Assembly (NCBI GenBank): GCA_040377305.1
Contig: JBEIPA010000015.1
Coordinates: forward strand, 32,001 to 96,000
Origin: Flavobacteriales bacterium
GTDB lineage: Bacteria > Bacteroidota > Bacteroidia > Palsa-965
Reading direction: 5' to 3'
Length of the DNA: 64,000 bases
In this document: positions 47,908 to 58,671 of the stretch, one piece after another
Position numbering within the stretch: position 1 is the stretch's first letter
Layout of the letters: each line of letters begins with the position of its first letter
The notes under the pieces: model-generated
Told to the model about the DNA's origin: nothing
The model's input: only the letters and a program-made list of their open reading frames with translations
Databases searched by the model: none
Translations under genes and position numbers: made by a program

Positions 47908-48657
47908 ATGAAAATAGAAACTAAAAGTATCGCATCGCAGGAAGAGCAGGATAGACGTGCACACTTTGTACAGAACTATGTATCAAATCCTATTCCTGAG
48001 AATGAAAAGCTGAGTAACCTCGGCTTATTCGTCAAACGACAAGAGCTAACGAAGACAGTGATGTTTACTGATCTGTACCGGAAATTTCTTCCTGTACACG
48101 GTGTGATTATGGAATTCGGAGTTCGTTGGGGACAAAATCTCGTAACATTAACCAATCTTCGTGGGATTCTGGAGCCGTACAATTACAGCCGAAAGATTAT
48201 TGGCTTCGATACATTTTCAGGATTTCCTTCTGTGCATAAGAATGATGGTTCTCATGAAGTTATCAAAGAGGGAGCTTTTACGGTAACGGATGGTTATGAA
48301 AATTATCTCGATAAGATTCTTGATTATCATGAGAAGGAATCTCCGTTGTCTCATATCCGCAAACACGAGTTGGTAAAAGGTGATGCAAGTGTGATGCTGG
48401 AGAAATACCTGAAGGATCATCCTGAAACAATTGTTGCATTTGCATGGTTCGATTTCGATATCTACGAACCTACGAAAAAGTGTCTGGAGCTTCTTAAGCC
48501 TCATCTTGTGAAAGGGAGTGTGCTTGGATTCGACGAGTTGCTTGATCCGCAATTTCCCGGAGAAACAGTGGCGGTACGTGAAGTCCTTGGGATGCAGAAC
48601 ATCCGTCTGGAACGAATGCCTTATGGAGGAATTCAATCATTTGCCGTTCTGGAATAA
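47908..48657 (+). CDS. TylF/MycF-like O-methyltransferase
   Basis: MEFGVRWG, GFDTFSGFP, FDFDIYEPT, FDEL. Confidence 0.8.
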   Translation: MKIETKSIASQEEQDRRAHFVQNYVSNPIPENEKLSNLGLFVKRQELTKTVMFTDLYRKFLPVHGVIMEFGVRWGQNLVTLTNLRGILEPYNYSRKIIGFDTFSGFPSVHKNDGSHEVIKEGAFTVTDGYENYLDKILDYHEKESPLSHIRKHELVKGDASVMLEKYLKDHPETIVAFAWFDFDIYEPTKKCLELLKPHLVKGSVLGFDELLDPQFPGETVAVREVLGMQNIRLERMPYGGIQSFAVLE

Positions 48658-48674
48658 TTTGAATTCCTGAAAAG

Positions 48675-49952
48675 ATGACGAGAAACCCAGGTGAAGAAAT
48701 GCATGACTTCCTACGGAAATTATTTCCTGTTTGTCGCAGCATAACAGGGAATGGCGTCCGCGAAACTTTAAAACAGATTTCAGAATTTCTCCCTCTCCGG
48801 ATTTCTGAAGTGCCGAGTGGTACTGTAGCTTACGATTGGGTCGTTCCAAACGAATGGAATATCATTGAAGCATGGATCGAGAATGAAGATGGAGTGAGAA
48901 TTGTTGACTTCGCGAATAACAATCTTCATGTTGTGGGCTATTCAATACCGGTCGATCGTGAAATTCCACTCGAGGAACTGCTGGCTCGGATACATTCCCT
49001 CCCCGAGATGCCTGATGCGATTCCGTACGTTACATCGTATTATAAGGAAACATGGGGCTTTTGTATGACTCACCGTCAGAGGTCAGCGATGCGTCCCGGA
49101 AATTATCGCGTTAAGATCAATAGCACACTGGCTCCTGGTACACTTACGTATGGCGAGCTTTTCATCCGGGGCAAATCAGAAAAGGAAATTTTCATTTCAA
49201 CATACATCTGCCATCCTTCGATGGCGAACAATGAATTGTCGGGGCCCGTGGTGTCTGCATGGCTCGCACGCTGGCTTTCCGGAAGAGAAAATTATTACAG
49301 CTACCGTTTCATCTTTATACCTGAAACGATTGGGGCTATCGTTTATCTCTCACGTAACCTGGCTCAACTGCGCAGTAATATGCTGGCGGGCTTTGTTCTG
49401 TCGTGTGTGGGTGATGAGCGTGCGTGGTCGCTTGTGTCGAGCAGATACGCGAACACGTATGCAGATAAACTGGCGAAGAGAGTGGCGGATAAAATGCAGT
49501 TGAATCCGATCGTGTATTCTTACCTCGAACGTGGTAGCGATGAACGTCAGTTTGGTGCTCCGGGTGTTGATTTGCCATTGGTCACTTTCTGCAGAAGTAA
49601 ATTCGGAGAGTATCCTGAATATCATACTTCGGCCGACGATCTTTCACTGGTCACTGCGGCTGGATTGAACGGATCATTGGAATACCTGAAAAATATCGTG
49701 CTCGAAGCAGAAGAGAACAGGTTATACCGTGTAACAACGCTTGGTGAACCTCAGCTTGGAAAGCGGGGAATGTATCCCACAACGAGCACGCGCGACTCCA
49801 TTCATCAGATCAAGGACTTGCGGAACATCATTGCCTACGCAGACGGATTGAATGATGTTCACACGATCAGCGCGATTACTTCAGTGCCTTACGAACAGGT
49901 GAAGCATACGCTGCAGCGTTTAGTAGATGCGGGAATCGCTGAAGAACTATAA
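48675..49952 (+). CDS. DUF4910/DUF2172 aminopeptidase-like protein with C-terminal winged helix
   Basis: RSITGNGVRETL, PYVTSYY, CHPSMANNELSGP, PETIG, GSDERQ, EYHTS. Confidence 0.88.
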   Translation: MTRNPGEEMHDFLRKLFPVCRSITGNGVRETLKQISEFLPLRISEVPSGTVAYDWVVPNEWNIIEAWIENEDGVRIVDFANNNLHVVGYSIPVDREIPLEELLARIHSLPEMPDAIPYVTSYYKETWGFCMTHRQRSAMRPGNYRVKINSTLAPGTLTYGELFIRGKSEKEIFISTYICHPSMANNELSGPVVSAWLARWLSGRENYYSYRFIFIPETIGAIVYLSRNLAQLRSNMLAGFVLSCVGDERAWSLVSSRYANTYADKLAKRVADKMQLNPIVYSYLERGSDERQFGAPGVDLPLVTFCRSKFGEYPEYHTSADDLSLVTAAGLNGSLEYLKNIVLEAEENRLYRVTTLGEPQLGKRGMYPTTSTRDSIHQIKDLRNIIAYADGLNDVHTISAITSVPYEQVKHTLQRLVDAGIAEEL

Positions 49953-49964
49953 ACTGTACCAGCC

Positions 49965-51234
<1,270 letters not shown>

Positions 51235-52548
51235 ATGTATCGGATCGTGAGGTTTTATCTTCGGTTGATCTCCAAAGCAGATCGTACCGGTAACAATGAA
51301 GCCCTCGCTGGATGGAGTCTCGTATACAAAAAAAGTTACCGGAATCCTTCTCAATCACGCGTGATTGGCGTGTTGAGTTCGTGGATGAAAACATTCGGCA
51401 GAACACTTTTTGCGAAAACGAAAATGCACCAGGTTGACGGTGGCAATGATGGGTTTCTCGTTTGGGACAACCGCAACGTAAAAGAGATTCGAGTAGCGCA
51501 TATCAGATCGAACAATATTTCGGTGCCCGGAATTTTTATCGCCCGAAATGAAATAGCAATCACCGGATTTGTTCAGCGACTGAACGCCCTGTTTTCCTTG
51601 TTCTGGTTTCTACCGGGTTTAACTTTCCGATCACTGTTCAGCGCAAATCCAGCGGGCATAACACTGTTACCGTTCGAATGGTACGAAGCGAGTGCTTTAA
51701 TGCAAATAGTGAAGACAAAGAATATCCGTGCGATTTATTTTTATTGTCCGTATGAAGTTGATGCGAACGCTCTATTTCTTTTGTTGCATGAACAGGGTGT
51801 GAAGGTCACTAAGATTCCATCTCCGAACCTTTTGTCCATTGGAAATTCTGAGTTGCTCGCAGATGAGTTGATATTGTCCAGCCCATGTCAGTTAGATGAA
51901 TTGGAACTGCATAAATCAACCTTGAGGACGGCAAGCAGTGCGCGGTGGTTGCCCGAGCAGTTCATTCAATATGCTCAGCATTATAAAGTGCGTAGTAAAC
52001 CGGCATCGAAGACAATCGGTTACTATTCTCACGGCAGCTGGTTGCGCAATGCGGATGTTTCCGACAATGTGGGTGATGTAAAGGCTGAATTGGCGCTCTT
52101 ACCTGTTCTTGCAAAGTTCCTGCAGTCGCATTCCGATTTTTCATGTACGGTATTTCTTCACCCCAAGGAGAAAAAGACGGAAATGTCAAAAGTGAACGCC
52201 TATTATGCTGGACTGTTCGGAGATGGTCGCGTTAGTTTTGCGGCTGCCGATAAATCGGGTGCAGAACAATTTGATACTGTTGACATCGGAGTTGGTGCGC
52301 TGAGTACCATACTTTTTGAACGGCTTTTCCTCGGCAACAAAACCATTTTCTATCCGGCTGGAGTCACGATTTTTCCTGTGCCCGGTTCTGCTGTATCGAA
52401 AATCTGTGCGAACACTGAAATTGAATTGGAACAGCTAATTTTGCAGTGTGCGGGTGTAACTGCAAGCGAATTCAGAAAGCTGAATGACCTTGATAAATAT
52501 ACTTTGCACGAATGGTTTCCGGAAACACATTATGGCCGACAAGATTGA
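51235..52548 (+). CDS. Hypothetical protein, possible GT-B nonulosonate (KDN) transferase
   Basis: 437 aa, abuts the phosphatase stop; C-terminal VFLHPKE and GALSTILFE. Confidence 0.45.
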   Translation: MYRIVRFYLRLISKADRTGNNEALAGWSLVYKKSYRNPSQSRVIGVLSSWMKTFGRTLFAKTKMHQVDGGNDGFLVWDNRNVKEIRVAHIRSNNISVPGIFIARNEIAITGFVQRLNALFSLFWFLPGLTFRSLFSANPAGITLLPFEWYEASALMQIVKTKNIRAIYFYCPYEVDANALFLLLHEQGVKVTKIPSPNLLSIGNSELLADELILSSPCQLDELELHKSTLRTASSARWLPEQFIQYAQHYKVRSKPASKTIGYYSHGSWLRNADVSDNVGDVKAELALLPVLAKFLQSHSDFSCTVFLHPKEKKTEMSKVNAYYAGLFGDGRVSFAAADKSGAEQFDTVDIGVGALSTILFERLFLGNKTIFYPAGVTIFPVPGSAVSKICANTEIELEQLILQCAGVTASEFRKLNDLDKYTLHEWFPETHYGRQD

Positions 52549-53512
52549 GTATTCCGATCACGAGCATTTTGCAAAGCAGTATTCCGGTTTTGCGAAATGG
52601 AAATTCCTTTGGAAAGTAAAAAGAGGATTCCGTGCTGCAGATGCGCGGCTCAAAGAAACACTTGCGAAAAAGGAATGCTATTACGGTCCGTTCAAAGGTG
52701 AGTTCGGGCATTTTCTCGCGCACACGCTACCGTTTCTTGCATGGCTGCATCGTCAGGGAGTAAAGATTCATTACTGTGGAATGGAAATACATAAACCATT
52801 TCTCGTAGATGAAACCGGATCATCGATCATCCACGATTATTTTCCGCTACGTGATTTCTTTGCAGAAGTATCTCCATCATGCAACAAGACTGTCGCACCC
52901 GCAGATGTTGAAGCCGAGATTCAGAAATGGAAAACACAGGCCCGCGATTCCGGTTTGCCTTTCTATGAAATTGACGAAGAGTTTTACTACTGGTTTGTGC
53001 ATCGCAGTTGGACAATGATTGGACCGTATTCACACGGTTACCGTCTGGATAAAGCGTACTGGAACAAGCCCAAGGAAAATAGTGTGTGCGTGTTTCCAAG
53101 AACAAAAGGTGCACGTTTCTCGAAGAACAATGGTGGGCCGTGGGATTACGCGGACCTTGTAAAAAAACTTTCTCCGCATTTCGACAAGGTTTATGTATGC
53201 GGACATCCTTCTCAGGTGCTCGCCATGCAGCCGGAAGGAAATATTGAAATGTGTGTGACTGCCGATAACGCAGTCATTCTCGAAAAGTGTTCGCGGAGTC
53301 GCTTGATTATTACACAACACTCGGGAGTAAACAACCTTGGTGAATACACGGACACTCCGGTTCTGATCATTTACAACGGGGAACCACCGATAGGAAGCAT
53401 GCAGAACACGCAACGTTTCCGTCCTTTTCTGACCGGCCTGGGCAAAAAAGAGCTTCACCCATTGGCATTTGCTTTTTCTGAGAAGGAAATCATCGATTTT
53501 GTGTGCAAATGA
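52532..53512 (+). CDS. Hypothetical protein, possible GT-B (GT9-like) glycosyltransferase
   Basis: GPFKGEFGH N-terminal motif; VCVFPR...W...; LIITQHSGVNNLG resembles the GT9 nucleotide-binding segment. Confidence 0.45.
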   Translation: MADKIEYSDHEHFAKQYSGFAKWKFLWKVKRGFRAADARLKETLAKKECYYGPFKGEFGHFLAHTLPFLAWLHRQGVKIHYCGMEIHKPFLVDETGSSIIHDYFPLRDFFAEVSPSCNKTVAPADVEAEIQKWKTQARDSGLPFYEIDEEFYYWFVHRSWTMIGPYSHGYRLDKAYWNKPKENSVCVFPRTKGARFSKNNGGPWDYADLVKKLSPHFDKVYVCGHPSQVLAMQPEGNIEMCVTADNAVILEKCSRSRLIITQHSGVNNLGEYTDTPVLIIYNGEPPIGSMQNTQRFRPFLTGLGKKELHPLAFAFSEKEIIDFVCK

Positions 53513-53580
53513 TGTGTTGACGCGTACGCTTAAATTGCCCGATGCGTAAGCGAAAATGGCTTAAAAAACTCAGAAAAGCG

Positions 53581-53588
53581 TATATTTG
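53581..53588 (+). promoter_or_regulatory. Internal -7 element (TATATTTG)
   Basis: Exact TAnnTTTG ending 5 bp before ATG 53594. Confidence 0.6.
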
Positions 53589-53593
53589 AGGCT

Positions 53594-54481
53594 ATGCCTT
53601 CAAATACGGAACTAACCCGTGATTTTATTGAGAAGTGTGCGGGGCTACGCGTTGCGGTTATCGGTGAAACCATTACCGACGAGTTCATTGATGTGGTTTA
53701 TGAAGGCCATTCCATGAAGTCTTTTTGCCCTGTTTTTCGTTTTGCGGAAAATGGCGCAACACAGGTACAGAGTGGTGGTGCAGCAGCAATTGCAGGTCAC
53801 CTTCGCGATTTTGTAAAATCAGTTGAGCTTATTTCCAACAACAGCAGCGACATTGTTAAGACGCGTTACATCGATGCGTCTGATAAAAAGAAGCACGTTG
53901 AAATAAACCGGTTTAACAAAGCGAACTTCAAAGACATTACCGTTAACACCAATGACTTTGATGTTGTAATTGTTGCAGACTTTGGACATGGATTTTGCGA
54001 TAAACTTAAGATCAACGATGGTTTTCATCTCATGACACAAACGAACTCGAACAATTTCGGATTCAATCGTATGTCAAAGTGGAAACCTCTTCGCAAGAAA
54101 AGCGTAACGCTGGATCTAAGAGAAGCAAGTCTTCAGATGAACCGCCCGATAAAAGGAGAAGTAGATAGCGACATTCGTGCGTTGTATAATTACGAGATCA
54201 ATTCACAGCACATGTTTGTGACATTGGGTAGCAGCGGATCTTTGCATGCCGATGAGAATACGATTGCACGACAGAAATCATTCAAGAGTACCATTGTAGA
54301 CACAATCGGAGCAGGAGACACGTACTTTTCATTCTGTTGCCTGCAAGCACATCTACAGGAGAATATTACCGAAATGATTGTTCCTTCTCTGGCAGCCAGC
54401 CTTTCAACAACCTGGTTGTGCAATGAGAAATCAGTTTCCAAAGAAATGTTACTGGACTATGCAGCTAGAGCTATACAATAA
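53594..54481 (+). CDS. PfkB-family sugar kinase (HldE/RfaE kinase domain-like)
   Basis: VAVIGETITDEF, GGA, KTRY, VADFGHG, VTLG, DTIGAGD. Confidence 0.8.
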   Translation: MPSNTELTRDFIEKCAGLRVAVIGETITDEFIDVVYEGHSMKSFCPVFRFAENGATQVQSGGAAAIAGHLRDFVKSVELISNNSSDIVKTRYIDASDKKKHVEINRFNKANFKDITVNTNDFDVVIVADFGHGFCDKLKINDGFHLMTQTNSNNFGFNRMSKWKPLRKKSVTLDLREASLQMNRPIKGEVDSDIRALYNYEINSQHMFVTLGSSGSLHADENTIARQKSFKSTIVDTIGAGDTYFSFCCLQAHLQENITEMIVPSLAASLSTTWLCNEKSVSKEMLLDYAARAIQ

Positions 54482-54977
54482 ACATTTCACCGCGTGGTTC
54501 AGCGATCCCGCAATTCAAAAAGGAATTGTTGATTCTCTCGCTTTGCTGAAAGGTCGCAAAAGAATATTTTTTCTGGGCAATGGCGGATCCAATTCCATTT
54601 CATCGCACATGATGGAGGATTACGGAAAGATCGCCGGTTTTCAGACGTATGCATTTTCAGATGCTTCACTTATAACGTGCTACGCGAACGATTACGGCTA
54701 TGACAACGCAATGGCCGAATGGCTGAAGCTGCATTTCCAGGAAGGCGATGTACTTATTGTCACCAGCAGTTCAGGGGAATCGAAAAATATTGTGAATGCA
54801 GCTTTAGTTGCAAAGCAGAAAATGGGAGCCATGATTACGCTTAGCGGATTTGGAGAGGGAAATACACTCAGTACAATGGGCGATGTTAACTTTTACCTAA
54901 ACGCACGCAACTACGGCATGGTGGAATGTTTTCACCAGGTGATCCTCCACGTAATTCTCGATTCCATCAATGGCTGA
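54459..54977 (+). CDS. SIS-domain phosphosugar isomerase (GmhA-like)
   Basis: GNGGS, ANDYGYD, SSSGESKN, YGMVECFH. Confidence 0.85.
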   Translation: MQLELYNKHFTAWFSDPAIQKGIVDSLALLKGRKRIFFLGNGGSNSISSHMMEDYGKIAGFQTYAFSDASLITCYANDYGYDNAMAEWLKLHFQEGDVLIVTSSSGESKNIVNAALVAKQKMGAMITLSGFGEGNTLSTMGDVNFYLNARNYGMVECFHQVILHVILDSING

Positions 54978-55884
54978 TCGCGCGCTGATAACCGGGGTCG
55001 CGGGATTTATCGGATCCAACCTGCTCGATTTTCTCCTGGAACATACCGACTGGGAAATTGATGGAGTAGATAATCTTTCAACCGGCTCGCAGCAGAACAT
55101 CGCGCAGCATACAGACAATTCGCGATTTACTTTTTTCACGGGAGATCTTACACAGATCACTTCGCTGAAAAAGTACAAATACGTTTTTCATCTCGCTGCA
55201 CTTCCGCGCATTCAGCCAAGTTTTGAATTAGTGGGGGAACATATCACACATAACGTGCTGAAAGCCGCTCACTTGTTCGAAGTCATGATCCGGGAAAACT
55301 ATTTTCCGCGAATTATCTATAGCGGTTCGAGTGCGATTTATGGTACACCGGAGCAGATTCCTACCAGCGAAACAGAGAAAGTCGATTGCCTGAGTCCTTA
55401 TGCATTTCAGAAATATGAAGTAGAGCGTTATCTGGAGCTACTGGCAACACGGTATCCGTTCGATTACGTGACGCTTCGATATTTTAATCCGTATGGACCG
55501 CGCAGTTTTAATCCGGCAAACTCATTCAACGCATACAGCAGTGTTGTTGGAATTTTTCTGAACCGTCATAAATCAAATCAACCCTTACTTGTAACCGGAG
55601 ATGGCAGCCAGCAGCGCGATTTCATTCACGTTGGAGATCTGGCACGCGCCAATTACAGCGCAGCAATTCACAAGGGCAAACTGAATACAGCATTCAATAT
55701 CGGTTTTGGGAGTACGTTAAGTGTGCTCGAGCTTGCAAAGAAGATTTCGGATAAGTACGAATTTATCCCGAAGCGTGAAGGTGAAGCGGATATCACCTTC
55801 GCCGATATTACCAAAGCGAAGTCCGTACTCGGCTGGCAACCTATTCACACGCTGGATTCCTACCTGGAAAATGAACGCGCATGA
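54970..55884 (+). CDS. NAD-dependent epimerase/dehydratase
   Basis: ITGVAGFIGS, HLAA, SSAIYG, YAFQK, LRYFN.YG, RDFIHV. Confidence 0.92.
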   Translation: MADRALITGVAGFIGSNLLDFLLEHTDWEIDGVDNLSTGSQQNIAQHTDNSRFTFFTGDLTQITSLKKYKYVFHLAALPRIQPSFELVGEHITHNVLKAAHLFEVMIRENYFPRIIYSGSSAIYGTPEQIPTSETEKVDCLSPYAFQKYEVERYLELLATRYPFDYVTLRYFNPYGPRSFNPANSFNAYSSVVGIFLNRHKSNQPLLVTGDGSQQRDFIHVGDLARANYSAAIHKGKLNTAFNIGFGSTLSVLELAKKISDKYEFIPKREGEADITFADITKAKSVLGWQPIHTLDSYLENERA

Positions 55885-56291
55885 AAAAGGGATTTGCATG
55901 CGGAGTGTTTGATCTTTTTCACGCAGGACATGTGCTGATGCTGAAGGAGTGCAAAGAACATTGCGATTATCTTGTTCTGGCATTAAACAAGGCTGAGAAC
56001 ATTGATGGAACAATAAATCCAGGGAAACGTTCACCCGTTTATTCACTGGAGGAACGAAAAATGATTTTGGAATCCTGCCGTTTTGTTGACGAAGTAGTAG
56101 TTTATAATTCGGAAGAAGAGCTTCTATCCATCTTACAGAAAGGCAATTTCGACATTCGCTTTCTCGGCGATGATTATCGCGGAAGACCAATTACCGGCGA
56201 AGACCTGAATATCGCCATACACTACACAGACCGTTCTCACGGACTTTCCACAACAAGATTTGTTGACCGAATCAGGAAGGAGGGTTTATGA
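55881..56291 (+). CDS. HIGH-type nucleotidyltransferase (TagD/HldC-like)
   Basis: GVFDLFHAGH, ER, VDEV, GDDY, RSHGLSTT. Confidence 0.88.
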   Translation: MKKGFACGVFDLFHAGHVLMLKECKEHCDYLVLALNKAENIDGTINPGKRSPVYSLEERKMILESCRFVDEVVVYNSEEELLSILQKGNFDIRFLGDDYRGRPITGEDLNIAIHYTDRSHGLSTTRFVDRIRKEGL

Positions 56292-57589
56292 CCAACTCTC
56301 CGTTGAGCATTCTGATTGTTAGTTATGTGTTCCCACCTTATCCCGGAATTGGTGGAAGGCGTTGGACAAAATTCGCTAAGTATTTCAGAAAGCAAGGAGC
56401 GCCGGTTCAGGTGCTTTGTGCCAGAAATCCACTCCCGCAACAATCGGTTTGGCTGAAGGACACGCAAGGTGTGCCTGTACATTACTTTGATAGCACTTAT
56501 CCGCAATCAATGCTGACTCCACCGCATTCGGTGAAAGGTAAAGTGGGATATCGTTTTCAGCTTGCCCGAAGGAAAATGCAAGTGAAGGGAAATTACTACG
56601 ATCGGGCAGGAACTGATAAGGAAGTTGTTTTGCAAAAGGCATCGGAGCTCATTAGCAAGACGCAGGTAACACACGTGATCGTTACGGGTGCTCCTTTTCA
56701 CCTTCTTCATCATTGTCTTTCACTGAAGAAAAAATTTCCGAATCTTACACTGATCGCCGACATCCGCGATCCATGGACGAGCGACAAAACAATTTCCTCA
56801 TTTATCTCACTGGATAGCGATCGGCAAGGTGAAGAAATTCGCATGGAGGAAGAGGTAGCCCGAGGATATGATCGCATTTATACCGTCGCCGAAGACCTTA
56901 CGCAAGAATTCAATTTGAAATCCAAGGCCAACCAGACACGAACATTGGTGAATGGATTTGATACAGAAGATGCATTGCGTCAATCGGAACCTGCAGCCTC
57001 AACAAGGGGAAAGATAAATCTTGTGTTTGCGGGAACTTTATATAATAACACGGATCATCTGGTTCGCGGTTTGATTGCAGGATTACAGCGGTATGAATCG
57101 CTACCGCAAAGTGAAAAGGAACAGATTATTTTAAATCTCGCTGGAGATATTCCTGATAAGTACCTGACACAGTTTAATGAACTTCGTGGTAAGAAATATG
57201 TTGATGTCGTTGTACATGGGCGCTTATCGTTAGACGATACGCAATTGTTGATTTCCTCTGCCGATTATTGTTTGCTTCTGGTTGCAAGAGGGTATGAGTT
57301 TTCGTTTAGTACAAAATTTCTGGAGTATGTAATGAACGGCAAGCAACTTCTGGTTTTTTCCGGTGAAGGTGCGCTTACTAACTATGTGAGTCGTAATGGC
57401 ATCGGTAAAGTGTTTAATCCATCGCACATTGATAAGGAATTGTCAGAATACCTTTGTGGCGATGCTCAGCACAGAAGCAAGAGTTATCCGACAGAAAGTG
57501 TCAAGGAGTTTGATTTGCATTCAATTACTCAGGAATTGTTACAAGACCTTCGAACATTGAAACCCTTAGCTAATACGCTGCAACCATGA
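56288..57589 (+). CDS. Glycosyltransferase, GT4-like
   Basis: YVFPP..GIGGRRW.KF.KY, TGAPF, DIRDPW, NGFD, KFLEY. Confidence 0.85.
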   Translation: MTNSPLSILIVSYVFPPYPGIGGRRWTKFAKYFRKQGAPVQVLCARNPLPQQSVWLKDTQGVPVHYFDSTYPQSMLTPPHSVKGKVGYRFQLARRKMQVKGNYYDRAGTDKEVVLQKASELISKTQVTHVIVTGAPFHLLHHCLSLKKKFPNLTLIADIRDPWTSDKTISSFISLDSDRQGEEIRMEEEVARGYDRIYTVAEDLTQEFNLKSKANQTRTLVNGFDTEDALRQSEPAASTRGKINLVFAGTLYNNTDHLVRGLIAGLQRYESLPQSEKEQIILNLAGDIPDKYLTQFNELRGKKYVDVVVHGRLSLDDTQLLISSADYCLLLVARGYEFSFSTKFLEYVMNGKQLLVFSGEGALTNYVSRNGIGKVFNPSHIDKELSEYLCGDAQHRSKSYPTESVKEFDLHSITQELLQDLRTLKPLANTLQP

Positions 57590-58671
57590 AAATTTCAGTG
57601 ATTGTAGGAACACGACCAAACTTTATCAAGGTTACCCAATTCCGTAGAGCAGCTTCTATGTTTGCCGGAATGGAATTGGAAATCATTCACACCGGTCAGC
57701 ACTACGATGATAAAATGGCTCGCGTGTTTTTTGATCAGTTCGGACTTCACCCCGATCATTTTCTCGATGTACCTCCGGGTTCTCCGAATTCGCAAATGGC
57801 GGAAATAATGCTGAGGCTCGAAAGAAAGTTTACAGAACAACGACCGGATGTTGTAATGGTAGCAGGAGACGTGAACTCCACACTCGCTGCTGCATTGACA
57901 GCAAACAAAATGGGAATTTCGCTTGCTCATGTGGAGAGCGGATTAAGAAGCAATGATAGGAATATGCCTGAGGAATACAATCGCTTGCTGACCGATGAAC
58001 TGAGCGATTATTTGTTCGTCACCGAAGATAGCGGAATGATCCACCTCAAGGCAGAAGGGAAGAAAGGCAAAATCTTCCTTGTTGGCAATACAATGATTGA
58101 CACGCTTGTTGCTTATTGCGACGAGATTGATAAGTCGGACATTCTCGATGTGATGCAGCTGAATGGAACGAAGTATATTCTGATGACTATGCATCGCCCT
58201 TCGAATGTCGATACCAAAGAAGGCCTTTCCTTGTTGCTGCAGGTCGTGAAGCGATTAACACCCGATTACAAAATTGTGTTTCCCGCTCACCCGCGAACCT
58301 TGAAGTTCATGGAGCAGTTCGGAATGTTGACGGAGTTCACGGATAACAAGCAACTGATTTTTTCAGCGCCGTTGGATTATTTCAGTTTTCAGAAATTGGT
58401 AAGCTCATCGGCATTTGTGCTAACTGACAGTGGAGGTATCCAGGAAGAAACAACATTCCTTCAGGTACCGTGCTTGACACTGCGTCCAAACACAGAGCGA
58501 CCAGTAACTGTAGACGTAGGTTCGAACACGCTTTTACCGTTTGATCCGGATAAGATACTCCAGTATGTTTCAGATATACAATCGGGCAAGTATAAAAAAG
58601 GCAGTATTCCACCGCTGTGGGATGGGAAAGCAAGCGAACGTATTTTCAGGATTATACAAGAATCCATTTGA
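57586..58671 (+). CDS. wecB: UDP-N-acetylglucosamine 2-epimerase (non-hydrolysing)
   Basis: VGTRPNFIK, HTGQHYD, GDVNST, HVESGLRS, PEE.NR, TDSGGIQEE, TERP. Confidence 0.95.
   Translation: MKISVIVGTRPNFIKVTQFRRAASMFAGMELEIIHTGQHYDDKMARVFFDQFGLHPDHFLDVPPGSPNSQMAEIMLRLERKFTEQRPDVVMVAGDVNSTLAAALTANKMGISLAHVESGLRSNDRNMPEEYNRLLTDELSDYLFVTEDSGMIHLKAEGKKGKIFLVGNTMIDTLVAYCDEIDKSDILDVMQLNGTKYILMTMHRPSNVDTKEGLSLLLQVVKRLTPDYKIVFPAHPRTLKFMEQFGMLTEFTDNKQLIFSAPLDYFSFQKLVSSSAFVLTDSGGIQEETTFLQVPCLTLRPNTERPVTVDVGSNTLLPFDPDKILQYVSDIQSGKYKKGSIPPLWDGKASERIFRIIQESI

Noticed and set aside
47908-48657. TylF-like gene as evidence of a macrolide or other secondary-metabolite cluster
   Set aside because: No PKS/NRPS genes; the family is common in polysaccharide loci
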